A stretch of 62,908 nt of DNA, filler included, from Octopus bimaculoides (Eukaryota), in NCBI RefSeq assembly GCF_001194135.2. It is 4 parts of 4 records of this genome, joined end to end, with 100 filler letters (N's around TTAATTAATTAA, not from the genome) between each part and the next. Parts side by side here need not be neighbours in the genome. Positions count along the whole stretch, not along the records: positions 60,631 to 62,908 come from NC_068982.1; 3 more parts are not named here. One strand, 5' to 3'. The notes under the pieces are model-generated. The model was not told the origin of the DNA. It saw nothing but the letters and a program-made list of their open reading frames with translations, and searched no databases. Shown here piece by piece: positions 62,776 to 62,908 of this stretch; within the stretch, counting starts at the first letter, position 1, and each line of letters begins with the position of its first letter. The translations under genes were made by a program, and so were the position numbers.

Positions 62776-62908
62776 AAAGATGAAAGAATGATGGTGCCAA
62801 TTGTCTTGATAATCTGATGACAAGGACATACACTGCAAGTATTTGACTACAAAAATTTTCAGCAGGACATTCAGATTATATATATATATATATATATACA
62901 TATATATA

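Noticed and set aside
2010-62901. Long ORFs rich in Y/I, C/V, H/T, poly-L, poly-I, poly-K/R/E or X
   Set aside because: They are translations of (TA)n, (TG)n and trinucleotide microsatellites or of N gaps, not genes.

Overview
AT-rich, heavily gapped eukaryotic DNA with no host protein-coding gene I can support. Almost all listed ORFs are microsatellite, N-run or decayed-transposon translations. The SINE families and microsatellite load look like an octopus (coleoid cephalopod) genome; this is inferred from recalled repeat motifs, not from a search. Three identical N44-TTAATTAATTAA-N44 spacers (28927-29026, 48173-48272, 60531-60630) show that the window is a concatenation of separate scaffolds, so adjacency across them means nothing. 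Supported content: one intact tRNA-Gly(GCC) inside a ~1.5-kb palindrome whose outer arms are ~97% identical and inner arms only ~70-80% identical; a decayed tRNA-Gly(CCC) paralogue that shares position-conserved upstream motifs with it; a Penelope-like element and several minimal type I hammerhead ribozyme motifs; three R4/Dong-type RLE retrotransposon fragments fused to (AAT)n or (AAC)n microsatellites, plus a non-coding element that occupies the same kind of sites; a gag-PR-RT-RH-IN LTR retrotransposon with an atypical RNase H; a hAT (Buster/Charlie-like) transposase remnant carrying a 317-bp tandem tRNA-like unit; two Helitron copies; Merlin-, piggyBac- and hAT-type MITEs; and several tRNA-headed SINE families. 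SINE family labels A-G are my own working names.
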